DNA from: Patescibacteria group bacterium | Lineage (GTDB): Bacteria; Patescibacteriota; Patescibacteriia; UBA1558; GWA2-36-10 | Length of the DNA: 64,000 nucleotides | Assembly: GCA_018819405.1 (NCBI GenBank) | Contig: JAHJQF010000001.1 | Location: 226,097-290,096, forward strand | Direction: 5' to 3' | In this document: piece after piece, positions 31,310-42,798 of the stretch | Layout of the letters: every line of letters begins with the position of its first letter | How positions within the stretch are numbered: the first letter of the stretch is position 1 | Notes under the pieces: generated by a model | Databases searched by the model: none | Seen by the model: only the letters and a program-made list of their open reading frames with translations | What the model was told of the DNA's origin: nothing | Position numbers and translations under genes: made by a program

Positions 31310-31810
31310 ATGACAACAAAACAGCTAAAGAAAACAATTTATAAGTTGGGAAAAAAGTTAAAAAGCTTATTTTTACTGGTATTTTTACTGGTATTTGGTT
31401 TTCCAGAGTTAGCTTTTTCTGAAGATTTTATAAATAATCAACCAGTTGGGCCAATTCCTAATCAAAGCATCAGAGCCTATTATAATGGTCCTACTTTGCC
31501 AGAAATTCCGCTAAGGTCAGCCAGAAAGACTATGTATATCGTAGTTACAGCTTATAATTCTGAACCTGGCCAGACTGACGATACTCCTTTTATTACTGCT
31601 TTTGGTACTCATGTTAGAGACGGTATTGTAGCCACCAATTTCTTGCCAAAAGGCACAATTGTTCGTTTTCCTGATAAATATGGTGATAAAGAATTTGTAG
31701 TAGAAGACCGCATGAATTCCCGATATTATTATCATATGGATATTTGGATGGCCGAAAAATCTGAAGCTATTAATTTTGGTGCCAAATTCTTAAAAATGGA
31801 GATTTTATAA
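31310..31810 (+). CDS. 3D-domain (MltA/RlpA-like) secreted protein
   Basis: N-terminal TM/signal; VVTAYNSEPGQTDDTPFITAFGTHVRDGIVATNFLPKGTIV 3D-domain pattern. Confidence 0.6.
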   Translation: MTTKQLKKTIYKLGKKLKSLFLLVFLLVFGFPELAFSEDFINNQPVGPIPNQSIRAYYNGPTLPEIPLRSARKTMYIVVTAYNSEPGQTDDTPFITAFGTHVRDGIVATNFLPKGTIVRFPDKYGDKEFVVEDRMNSRYYYHMDIWMAEKSEAINFGAKFLKMEIL

Positions 31811-31897
31811 TTTTACCTAAAATTAGAGAAATATTACCATCCTTGCTTCTCCCCCTGATTTAGGGGGAGAAGTGCCTAGGAGACAGGGGCCTGGTAT

Positions 31898-31926
31898 TTG
31901 ACAAGTATTTATTTTTAGTATATAAT
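31898..31926 (+). promoter_or_regulatory. consensus sigma70 promoter (TTGACA-17-TATAAT) ~350 nt upstream of 23S rRNA
   Basis: Perfect hexamers; indicates 23S is transcribed independently of the 16S. Confidence 0.55.
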
Positions 31927-32280
31927 ACGCGTGCTGTAAAAAATTAAACGAAATTATTAGCAAAATAGTAAATGATAGTTAAACTTAAATTCAATAGATA
32001 AAAGGATTTTGGGCAATCAATTTACGTTTGCGTAAAGTCCGCTAACTGCGGATTTTTTAGCACCTTAAAATTAATCGATAGTAAGTAGTTTTTTAAATAA
32101 GTAGGCTTACGCGACTTTTTTAAAAAGCTACTTATTGCCGGTTAAGGCAATTGGACATTGAAAATTGAATAAACAATATCATAAATATCAACAAATGTTT
32201 ATGAGCATCTTTATAAGAAAATATATCTCGTATCCATAAAAAGAGAAAAAATCCATCAAAAGTTTTCAAAATTTTTGATG

Positions 32281-35390
<3,110 letters not shown>

Positions 35391-35596
35391 ATTAAAAATT
35401 TTGGAAGTTTTTGTGGCTTAAGATATATAAAGCTCATGAACATTGATAAACATGCTCGCCTCGCTAAAGCGAGTGCGCAGCGGGCAGGAATGATCAAGAT
35501 AATCTTGATGTTCCTGATCCTGATATTGTTTTTGGGACTGGTAATTTTTATCACTCCCTTAAAACAGTTTGCATAAAACAATACCTAAGAAGAGAG

Positions 35597-35720
35597 TATA
35601 GTTCTCGTGGCATTAGCGGATTGGTTACACCTGATCCCATCCCGAACTCAGTAGTTAAGCAATCCAGCGCTGATGGTAGTAGGACTTGACTCCTGCGAGA
35701 GTAGGCAGTCGCGAGAACTA
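35597..35720 (+). rRNA. rrf: 5S ribosomal RNA
   Basis: CCTGATCCCATCCCGAACTCAG...GCGAGAGTAGG; terminal helix tagttctcg/cgagaacta. Confidence 0.8.
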
Positions 35721-35799
35721 TGCTCTTTTCTATAAAATAGGTGTTGTTTTTTGTTTGTTCAAGTTTTTTTATAAAAAAGCGGGGCGACAACGGTGTCGC

Positions 35800-36110
35800 C
35801 CCAGTGTAGACTGGGATTCTTTAGGTTCCCTTTTCCCGAGCTAGTCTACATAGCTGAATTGACCTGCGAGGTCAACTCTTGTTGTTAACCCCTTAAAGGG
35901 GTGGCTCGAGTCTTCTCAAAGCAGGGTGAACAACAACGAAAGCCCTGTTGCCGGAAGGCTGAGATACCCGCTTGGATCTGCCTTGTTTGCCGACTATCTC
36001 GCATTTACACGAGAAGAGAAGCACCCCTACGGAAGACGGGATTTAGGTGGCCATATCACACATGAGTTTTTTCATTCGTACCCCCTTTCATTAGCTGCAT
36101 GGCCTTTTTT
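35800..36110. ncRNA. GC-rich highly structured ~300-nt region downstream of 5S and upstream of the EndoQ-like gene; candidate ncRNA/leader of unknown class
   Basis: Multiple inverted repeats (tgtagact/agtctaca, ttgacct-gcg-aggtcaa, gttgttaacc...gaacaacaac, cccctt-aaa-gggg); ~52% GC; no ORF. Confidence 0.35.
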
Positions 36111-36164
36111 AGTTTATTATTTATTTGTGTGGACGTCAACTTATAATTTTGCTAAGATAACTTC

Positions 36165-37430
36165 ATGCAAAAAATAATTGATTTTCATATACATTCCAAA
36201 TATGCTAGGGCTACTTCCAAGACTTTTGATCTGGAGGAGATGGTCAAATGGTCAGAAATAAAAGGCGTAGATATTATATCTTGCGCTGATTTTACTCATC
36301 CTCAATGGTTTAAAAATTTGCAAAACAATCTAGAGGAGGATAATAATAGTGGGTTATATAAATTAAAGAATTCAACCTCGAAGGTTAGGTTTATAATATC
36401 TACTGAAGTTTCATGTATATATAGCCAAGGTGGCAAAACTAGGCGGGTTCATCTCTGTATTTTGATGCCTAGCTTGGCCTCAGCCAAAAAATTTAATAAA
36501 TCTTTGGCAGACAGAGGTGCAAAATTGGCTTCTGATGGTCGGCCAATACTGGGCATGAGCGCCAAAGAGATTTTGCAGATAATGTTGGATACAGATAAAA
36601 GAGCGATGATGATACCGGCTCACGTTTGGACTCCTTGGTTTGCGGTCTTTGGTTCTAAAAGTGGTTTTGATAATTTGAAGGAATGTTTTGAAGAATTAAC
36701 ACCGCACATTAGAGCTATTGAAACAGGCCTGTCATCAGATCCGATTATGAATTGGCGTTTATCGGAGCTTGATAATATAACTTTAGTTTCCAACTCGGAT
36801 GCTCATAGCGGACCGCAAATTGGGCGTGAAGCTAATGTCATGAATCTCACATATAATACTTATGATGAAATAATAGACATCATTGCTACTAAAGACAAAA
36901 AAAGATTTCTCTATACTATAGAATTTTTCCCAGAAGAGGGTATGTATCATTATGATGGGCATCGTGAGTGTGGTTTTGTTTCTTCGCCTGAGGCAACAAA
37001 AAAATTAAAAGGTATTTGTCCAAAGTGTAAAAAATCTTTGACTATCGGTGTAGTCAGTCAGATTGAAGATTTGTCAGATATAGCAAAGGACAAAATAAAT
37101 AAATCAAAACATATACCTTATAAAAGTATTGTGCCATTACCAAGTCTTATAGCAGATTATTTTGGTATGGGTAGATCCAGTAAAAGGGTGCAAAATTTAT
37201 TTTTAGATATTATTGGTCAGGCCGGCAATGAATTTAAAGTTTTACTTGATTTGGATTTTAGTGAGTTAAAAAAAATAATGCCGGAAAATTTGGCGCAAGG
37301 TATAATCAGAATGCGACAAAACAAAATAAAACTTAATCCAGGATTTGATGGGCAGTATGGCACTATAGAAGTTTTTTCTGAAGAAGAAAAACAGTCAGCT
37401 AAAAATAATAAACAGACGGCGCTATTTTGA
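36165..37430 (+). CDS. endonuclease Q (EndoQ)-like PHP-domain nuclease with C-terminal zinc ribbon
   Basis: IDFHIHSKYA N-terminal PHP motif; PAHVWTPW; SNSDAHS motif; CPKCKK zinc finger; GFDGQYGTIEV; ~420 aa like archaeal EndoQ. Confidence 0.7.
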   Translation: MQKIIDFHIHSKYARATSKTFDLEEMVKWSEIKGVDIISCADFTHPQWFKNLQNNLEEDNNSGLYKLKNSTSKVRFIISTEVSCIYSQGGKTRRVHLCILMPSLASAKKFNKSLADRGAKLASDGRPILGMSAKEILQIMLDTDKRAMMIPAHVWTPWFAVFGSKSGFDNLKECFEELTPHIRAIETGLSSDPIMNWRLSELDNITLVSNSDAHSGPQIGREANVMNLTYNTYDEIIDIIATKDKKRFLYTIEFFPEEGMYHYDGHRECGFVSSPEATKKLKGICPKCKKSLTIGVVSQIEDLSDIAKDKINKSKHIPYKSIVPLPSLIADYFGMGRSSKRVQNLFLDIIGQAGNEFKVLLDLDFSELKKIMPENLAQGIIRMRQNKIKLNPGFDGQYGTIEVFSEEEKQSAKNNKQTALF

Positions 37431-37559
37431 TTGTCATTGCGAGGAGAAGCAATCTAAAATGTTTTAGATTTCCGTGCTTTGCTCGTAATGAATAGTAATA
37501 CAAAAACCCCCATACTCCACTGGATGTAAAGGGGTTTTCATTTTTGTTTTATGGAAAAA

Positions 37560-37745
37560 CTATTTTTTTCTTCTAGCAGTTTTTCTCTTTTTAGTAGTCT
37601 TTTTGGCTACTTTTTTCTTAGTAGTTTTCTTAGCTACTCTCTTTTTAGTAGTCTTTTTGGCTACTTTTTTCTTAGTAGTTTTCTTAGCTACTCTCTTTTT
37701 AGTAGTCTTTTTGGCTACTTTTTTCTTAGTAGTTTTCTTTTTCAC
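37560..37745 (-). CDS. lysine-rich tandem-repeat basic protein (histone H1-like); GTG start with AGGAGGTGA SD
   Basis: MKKKTTKKK(VAKKTTKKR/K)n encoded by 27/54-bp DNA tandem repeats; strong SD 6 nt upstream on minus strand; plus-strand overlapping ORF is antisense artefact. Confidence 0.5.
   Translation of the reverse strand: MKKKTTKKKVAKKTTKKRVAKKTTKKKVAKKTTKKRVAKKTTKKKVAKKTTKKRKTARRKK
37575..37740. repeat. tandem DNA repeat, 54-bp period (2 x 27 bp), ~3 copies
   Basis: ctttttagtagtctttttggctacttttttcttagtagttttcttagctactct repeated. Confidence 0.8.
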
Positions 37746-37802
37746 TTTACTTCACCTCCTTTCTTTTTTTATATTTTTGTTTTAACGACTTTTATTTTGA
37801 TT

Positions 37803-38108
37803 TTATGTATCTAACTGAGCGCCAAAAATAGCGGTGGCTACCCAACGGACAAATATGCCAGTTAGATCTGTGGCCCACATAAAGCCTGTGATAATGATTA
37901 TTGCTCCAATAATTTTGTAGAACAATCGTGATCCTCCTTCGGTGCCCAAGTGTTGTTCTGCCCAGCCAATTCTTCCAAAATTTATCATCAACCAATTAGA
38001 TTGCCAGACAATTATAAATCCTACAACAGCAATCAATAATCCTAAAATAAAATTTCCAAATGTCATAAATAACTTTTTAAATTTTTTACATCTTTTATTA
38101 TACCACAT
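37803..38108 (-). CDS. small hypothetical membrane protein (2-3 TM)
   Basis: Hydrophobic helices FILGLLIAVVGFIIVW, IIGAIIIITGFMWA; true start may be internal Met. Confidence 0.4.
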   Translation of the reverse strand: MWYNKRCKKFKKLFMTFGNFILGLLIAVVGFIIVWQSNWLMINFGRIGWAEQHLGTEGGSRLFYKIIGAIIIITGFMWATDLTGIFVRWVATAIFGAQLDT

Positions 38109-38259
38109 TTTTAAAAAACTGAGAATAGTTTTTACACAATTTTTTATTTTTTTTAATTAATCGAATTTTTTAAAAATAAAAAAGAGGCCAGCGGAAAAAT
38201 TTTACGCCAGCCAAGGTAAAAGATGCAAGCACCTAGAATTGTCAATGTGACATTTATGT

Positions 38260-39012
38260 TTAAAATAATATTATTTTTAAAGCCATCAACACTACGGCAG
38301 TTATAAATATTCTTTTTACCCAAAGATTACCAGCTTTTATGCCTAAATCAGCTCCTACCCAACCACCTAGTAAGCTAGCGATTAGAACAGCTATGGCAAT
38401 CGGCCAATTGATTAAATTGGCAAAGATAAGCATTACGACCGAAACACTAGCAATGATGGTACCTAAAAATTTTCTAGTACCAGCTGTTTGTAGCATTGTT
38501 AGACCAAAAAATAAAAAAAGATAAGTAAACCATAAACCAGAAGAAGCAAATACACCGCCCATAAAACTAGCCACTACTGTTAATAAAATTCCAATTCTTT
38601 TCCTAGTTTTAGATATTTCAAATTCTTTTAGACCGATATTTTTTTTATAAAATACAAAAGGCAGAGATAAGATTATTACTAGACCTATTATTTTTTGGTA
38701 TAAATTTTGATCAATATTTATTACTACGATGGTTCCTAAAATTGTACCTATCAAGGTAGGTATAATTAGCAATTTTCCTAAAGACCATTTTACTTGTTTA
38801 TCTTGATGAAATCTTATTATAGATAATACATTTCCTGTGGCACCAAATCTATTGGTGGCGATAGCTACAGAGGGTGTCAAACCTAGAGATATCAAAGTAG
38901 GTATTAAAATAAGACCAGCGCCGCCTGTAGTAGCGCTGATTATTCTCACAAAAAAAGTTATCGTAAAGGCTATAATTATTTCACTGGACATAGCTTTATT
39001 ATAACAGAACAA
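38260..39012 (-). CDS. TauE/SafE (DUF81) family sulfite-exporter-like membrane protein
   Basis: ATTGGAGLILIPTLISLGL and second repeat GGVFASSGL..; 7-8 TM. Confidence 0.75.
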   Translation of the reverse strand: MFCYNKAMSSEIIIAFTITFFVRIISATTGGAGLILIPTLISLGLTPSVAIATNRFGATGNVLSIIRFHQDKQVKWSLGKLLIIPTLIGTILGTIVVINIDQNLYQKIIGLVIILSLPFVFYKKNIGLKEFEISKTRKRIGILLTVVASFMGGVFASSGLWFTYLFLFFGLTMLQTAGTRKFLGTIIASVSVVMLIFANLINWPIAIAVLIASLLGGWVGADLGIKAGNLWVKRIFITAVVLMALKIILF

Positions 39013-39077
39013 AAAAGTTTCTGCACTAACAAAATTTTATAAACAAAAAAGCCTAAATTTTATTATAGGTTTTTTGA

Positions 39078-39154
39078 TGGTGGGTGGCAAAGGATTCGAA
39101 CCTATGACCCCTTCGGTGTAAACGAAGTGCTCTAACCAACTGAGCTAGCCACCC
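39078..39154 (-). tRNA. tRNA-Val (anticodon TAC)
   Basis: rc: gggtggctagctcagttggttagagc...cttcg-tttacac-cgaag...ggttcgaatcc...cca. Confidence 0.8.
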
Positions 39155-39318
39155 GTATTTATAATTTATCTAGCCAACTGCTTGCCCGTCCGAAGTCCGG
39201 AGGACGAAGGTGGGAGCTAAGCGCCCTAAACTAATTGTATAATAGCATAATTGACTAATAGATTAATTGAATTGATGCAATTACCCTATTATACTATTAA
39301 TCTATTATTCTATCAGTA

Positions 39319-39395
39319 TGGTGGACCCAAGGAGAGTCGAACTCCTGACCTCCTGCGTGCAAAGCAGGCGCTCTAGCCAACTGAGCTATGGGCCC
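39319..39395 (-). tRNA. tRNA-Ala (anticodon TGC)
   Basis: rc: gggcccatagctcagttggctagagc..cctgc-tttgcac-gcagg..ggttcgactcc..cca; G3:U70 present. Confidence 0.8.
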
Positions 39396-39406
39396 GCGCT
39401 ATATGA

Positions 39407-39498
39407 TGGTGCGGGCGAGAGGATTTGAACCTCCACCCCGAAAAAGCCAGGACAAGGCCCTCAACCTTGCGTGTCTACCAATTCCACCACGCCCGCTA
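39407..39498 (-). tRNA. tRNA-Leu (anticodon GAG), long variable arm
   Basis: rc: gcgggcgtggtggaattggtagacac..caagg-ttgaggg-ccttg..long extra arm..ggttcaaatcc..cca. Confidence 0.75.
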
Positions 39499-39588
39499 AT
39501 TTATCAAAGACAACACAACTATTAAATCTGTAAATAACTACAGTAGCTTTATTTATAATTAAGTCTCGCCACGAGGCAGACTCGCTTA

Positions 39589-39981
39589 TTACAACTTATT
39601 TTCTTTGAGCCTTTTCTTTTGTGTCCTCAGATATCCCAATTTGGCACGTTTTACTCGGGCTTGTTTGATGGGTTCTATGTTGGTAATTAGTGGTGAATTT
39701 ACAGGAAATATTTTTTCTACACCAATTCCACCAGAAGCCTTGCGGACAGTAATAGTAGCTCCGAGTTCTTTATTGTGTTTTTTGGCTATTATAATGCCTT
39801 CAAAGACTTGAACTCTCTCTTTTTCTTCACCTTTGGCATTTTTTTCGCGGATAGTCTCGTGTACTTTGACAGTCATGCCAGGTTTGATTTCTAGAGATTC
39901 TTTGCTTTCTTTGACTTTATTTTCTGATTTTTTCCCCTCAGCCTTGTCTTTGCTCGGGGTCTTTGATTGTTCTTCGGCCAT
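39589..39981 (-). CDS. rplS: 50S ribosomal protein L19 with N-terminal Lys/Glu-rich extension
   Basis: VKVHETIREKNAKGEEKERVQVFEGIIIAKKHN...LGYLR L19 core. Confidence 0.85.
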   Translation of the reverse strand: MAEEQSKTPSKDKAEGKKSENKVKESKESLEIKPGMTVKVHETIREKNAKGEEKERVQVFEGIIIAKKHNKELGATITVRKASGGIGVEKIFPVNSPLITNIEPIKQARVKRAKLGYLRTQKKRLKENKL

Positions 39982-40207
39982 AAAATTTAATATATATTAC
40001 TTATTGAGCCCCATATCAAACCAAAATTATTTTAGTTAATATCCTTCTTTGTTTAAAGTTAGGGGGCGAAATCCTCCGGAGCCCATAAAAATAGCAATTT
40101 AGCTTAAAAAATATCGGCAAAGGAGGATAAAAAAAGTCATTATTGTTTAAATGACTAGTCTATTCTAGCTAAAAATACCTATTTTGTCAACCCTTGGGTT
40201 GATGGGT

Positions 40208-40813
40208 TCATTTAACTGTTTTATTGATAAAATCAGCTACTTTTTGGGCAGCTTGGTCAATAGATAATTTGGTGGTATCCAGTACAAAATCGTAGTTTTT
40301 CTCGTCAGTATAGTCTATTTTGTATACTTTTTTATATCTCTTAATATCCTGGGCTTTTCGATGTTTTTGTTTGGTTATCATCTCCTCTAGAGATTTTATA
40401 TGAGATTCGTTTTGTCTTTCTTTATGTTTATCATTTTTTAGCTGTTGCCAAACTCTTTTGGCAGTTTCATTGATGTCCGCTTTGATAAATAATTTTATAG
40501 ATTCAGGTAAAAATATAAATTGAGTTCGGCCTTCTACTATGACCATAGATTTTTTGGCTAGTTCCCTGGCTTTTTTCGATGCTCTCTTGTCCATTTCAAT
40601 ATCAGCTTTGGGGTGATTGATTACATATTCGTTTAGCTCTTCTAAAGTCATATTTTTTTCGGTGGCTATTTCACGCCAAAGACCGCCTACATAAACACGC
40701 TCAGCTTTGTATTTTTTGAGTAAATTTTTGGCGACAGTACTTTTGCCACTGCCCGGAGTGCCAGAGATGGTGATAATAGGGTTTACCCCGTTAGAAATTT
40801 TAGTAGTTCGCAT
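40208..40813 (-). CDS. cmk: cytidylate kinase
   Basis: ITISGTPGSGKSTVAKNLLKKY P-loop; CMP kinase family layout. Confidence 0.75.
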   Translation of the reverse strand: MRTTKISNGVNPIITISGTPGSGKSTVAKNLLKKYKAERVYVGGLWREIATEKNMTLEELNEYVINHPKADIEMDKRASKKARELAKKSMVIVEGRTQFIFLPESIKLFIKADINETAKRVWQQLKNDKHKERQNESHIKSLEEMITKQKHRKAQDIKRYKKVYKIDYTDEKNYDFVLDTTKLSIDQAAQKVADFINKTVK

Positions 40814-40869
40814 AATAATATTTTTTCTTGTGGGACCCGTATAAAATTGTGAATTTCTAACGGGGTGAA

Positions 40870-41775
40870 TTATTTTAACTTATTTAAAAATTGATCAAGT
40901 AGATGTGGCAGGGGAGATTTGTATTCATGCCAGTTACCTTCTAGGTCTTTGAATTTTAAAAAAGTACAATGAAGAAATATCCTCTGATCCAAAACTTTTT
41001 TCTTTTTTCGGATGTCTTTGGTTTGATACAATTTGTCACCGACTATAGAATGGCCGATGCTATAAAAATGAGCACGGATTTGATGCATGCGGCCGGTTTT
41101 TATCTGGACTTTTACCAGAGTATAATTTACAAATCTTTTTATAATTTGATATGTGGTTAGGGCTATCTTTCCAGCTTCTTTGCCGGACTGGACTTTCATA
41201 AGGCCGGTTTTTTTATCGCGCTCTAGGGGTTGATTGATTTCTCCTTGGTCATTTATAAGCTGGCCGTGAACTAAAGCAGTGTATTCTTTTCTGACTGTGC
41301 GATCGGCAAATTGTCTTTTTAGGCTATCAAAACTATCCTGAGTCAGAGGGATAACCATCAATCCGGATACTTCTCTATCTAGACGATGGACAATACTTGG
41401 CCTGTTTGGGTCTTCACCTATTTTTTGTGCCTGAGGAAATTTTTGCATGACCCAGTCAGCCATAGTGTTTATTTCTCCTTTGTCTGTGGGGTGGGAGAGC
41501 ATATTACTTGGTTTTTCCAAAACAATAAATTCATTATTTTCGTCAACTATTTTTGGCTCAGCCGGAAACTCTGCATTTTTTTCTTCTACTTCTTTGGGCT
41601 GATAAAATATTTTGTCTCCAGGTTTGAGCCAGTGATGGACAGTAGGAGCTTTGTCATTTACTAAAATTTGACCAGATAAAATGAGTTTCTTTATCTGGCT
41701 ACGAGTGATATCTAGTTTGTCTGGCAAATATTTGTCTAGACGTTGTTTGTCTTCTTCTTGATATATAAATTCCAT
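40870..41775 (-). CDS. rluD: RluA-family 23S rRNA pseudouridine synthase (RluD-like, N-terminal S4 domain)
   Basis: S4 domain RLDKYL; catalytic HRLDREVSGLMVI motif. Confidence 0.85.
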   Translation of the reverse strand: MEFIYQEEDKQRLDKYLPDKLDITRSQIKKLILSGQILVNDKAPTVHHWLKPGDKIFYQPKEVEEKNAEFPAEPKIVDENNEFIVLEKPSNMLSHPTDKGEINTMADWVMQKFPQAQKIGEDPNRPSIVHRLDREVSGLMVIPLTQDSFDSLKRQFADRTVRKEYTALVHGQLINDQGEINQPLERDKKTGLMKVQSGKEAGKIALTTYQIIKRFVNYTLVKVQIKTGRMHQIRAHFYSIGHSIVGDKLYQTKDIRKKKKVLDQRIFLHCTFLKFKDLEGNWHEYKSPLPHLLDQFLNKLK

Positions 41776-41871
41776 AGCTATAATTTAACAAAATTTTGAT
41801 TAAAAAGAAAGGGGCGGCGCGCAAGTTGCGAGCCGCCCTCGACACTTCCGTTGTAAGAAGGTGGGTGGCCA

Positions 41872-42090
41872 TTAGGCCAGCTGGAGAATCTGGGCTTCGA
41901 CGACGACGACGTCGCCCGGACCTTCGGAGAGCTGGATGCAGACCAGCTGTCCTTGGTCGTTTTCCCCCTTGGGGTGTGTTCCCCTGACCAGGAAGGGCCC
42001 GGTCAACCGCGGATGGCGGCTGATGAAACCTCTGGCAGCTTCGGCTGCCATGTTGATTTTGACCCGATGGCCAGCTTTGAATTTACTCAT
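41872..42090 (-). CDS. small hypothetical protein; high-GC islet with own SD and terminator
   Basis: MSKFKAGHRVKINMAAEAARGF... ~55% GC; GAGGAG SD; minus-strand hairpin terminator gggcggc...gccgccc at 41812-41838. Confidence 0.4.
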   Translation of the reverse strand: MSKFKAGHRVKINMAAEAARGFISRHPRLTGPFLVRGTHPKGENDQGQLVCIQLSEGPGDVVVVEAQILQLA

Positions 42091-42210
42091 GTTTTCTCCT
42101 CGCGGGTAAAGGGTGGACAGTTGGAGGGAATCAATGATATTAACAATATTAGCAAAATTTGTCAATAACGACAATATAAAAAAACAATCCCCAACAAGGG
42201 ATTATTTTAA

Positions 42211-42286
42211 TGGTGCCCCCACCAGGACTCGAACCTGGGACCGTTTGCTTAAGAGGCAACTGCTCTACCAACTGAGCTATAAGGGC
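42211..42286 (-). tRNA. tRNA-Lys (anticodon CTT)
   Basis: rc: gcccttatagctcagttggtagagc a gttgc-ctcttaa-gcaaa..ccagg-ttcgagt-cctgg tgggggc a cca; two G:U pairs in acceptor. Confidence 0.75.
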
Positions 42287-42543
42287 TTATTTATAATTAA
42301 ATTTTTAATAAACTTTCTTCCGCGTGCACTTTTTAATTCTCTTTCTCTACTAATAGCTTGCTTTCTTTCTGTAAAAAATTCTTTATGAACTAATAACCAT
42401 TGGCCTTTATTTTTTGCAGTAAAGGAGCTTGTTTTATTTGGCAATTTACCATTATGCCTATCCAATCTTTGTTTTAAATTTGCGGTTTGGCCAATGTATA
42501 TTTTGTTTTTATCCTTATTATATATTACGTAAGTAGTGAACAT
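42277..42543 (-). CDS. GIY-YIG nuclease family protein (stand-alone, 88 aa); 3' end runs into tRNA-Lys
   Basis: YVIYNKDKNKIYIGQTANLKQRLDRHN GIY-YIG motif; last 10 nt overlap the tRNA acceptor stem. Confidence 0.75.
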   Translation of the reverse strand: MFTTYVIYNKDKNKIYIGQTANLKQRLDRHNGKLPNKTSSFTAKNKGQWLLVHKEFFTERKQAISRERELKSARGRKFIKNLIINKPL

Positions 42544-42550
42544 ATAATAT

Positions 42551-42607
42551 CAAGCTTTTTGCTTAAGAGTCCGCCAGTTGGCGGATCTACCAACTGAGCT
42601 ATAAGGG
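42551..42607 (-). pseudogene. degenerate partial copy of tRNA-Lys (positions 1-23 and 33-43 conserved; anticodon stem replaced by hairpin tccgccaactggcgga) just upstream of the GIY-YIG gene
   Basis: rc gcccttatagctcagttggtaga|tccgccaactggcggac|tcttaagcaaa vs complete tRNA-Lys 320 bp away. Confidence 0.55.
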
Positions 42608-42655
42608 CAAAAATATAATATGGCATGCCACGTGATGAGCGTAGCGAATTTTACG

Positions 42656-42731
42656 TGGCGCGGCTGGTAGGAGTCGAACCCACAACCCCTTGGTCCGAAG
42701 CCAAGTGCTCTATCCATTGAGCTACAGCCGC
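42656..42731 (-). tRNA. tRNA-Arg (anticodon TCG)
   Basis: rc: gcggctgtagctcaatggatagagc..cttgg-cttcgga-ccaag..gggttcgactcc..cca. Confidence 0.8.
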
Positions 42732-42798
42732 CGACATTTTAAAAAGTAGCTTATTTAAGCTACTGCAGACAGTACAATAACATAATATTCAAAAAAAA

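Noticed and set aside
35940-36010. TPP riboswitch (GGCUGAGAUACCCG resembles thi-box)
   Set aside because: Remaining conserved TPP aptamer elements (GGGG..GCC stem, GAACCUGAUC..GGUUAAUACC..AGGGA) are absent, and the downstream gene is a nuclease, not thiamine metabolism.
37551-37814. Plus-strand Ser/Phe/Leu-rich repeat ORFs (37551-37814, 37603-37785)
   Set aside because: Antisense frames of the tandem repeat. The minus-strand Lys-rich ORF has a strong SD and is preferred.
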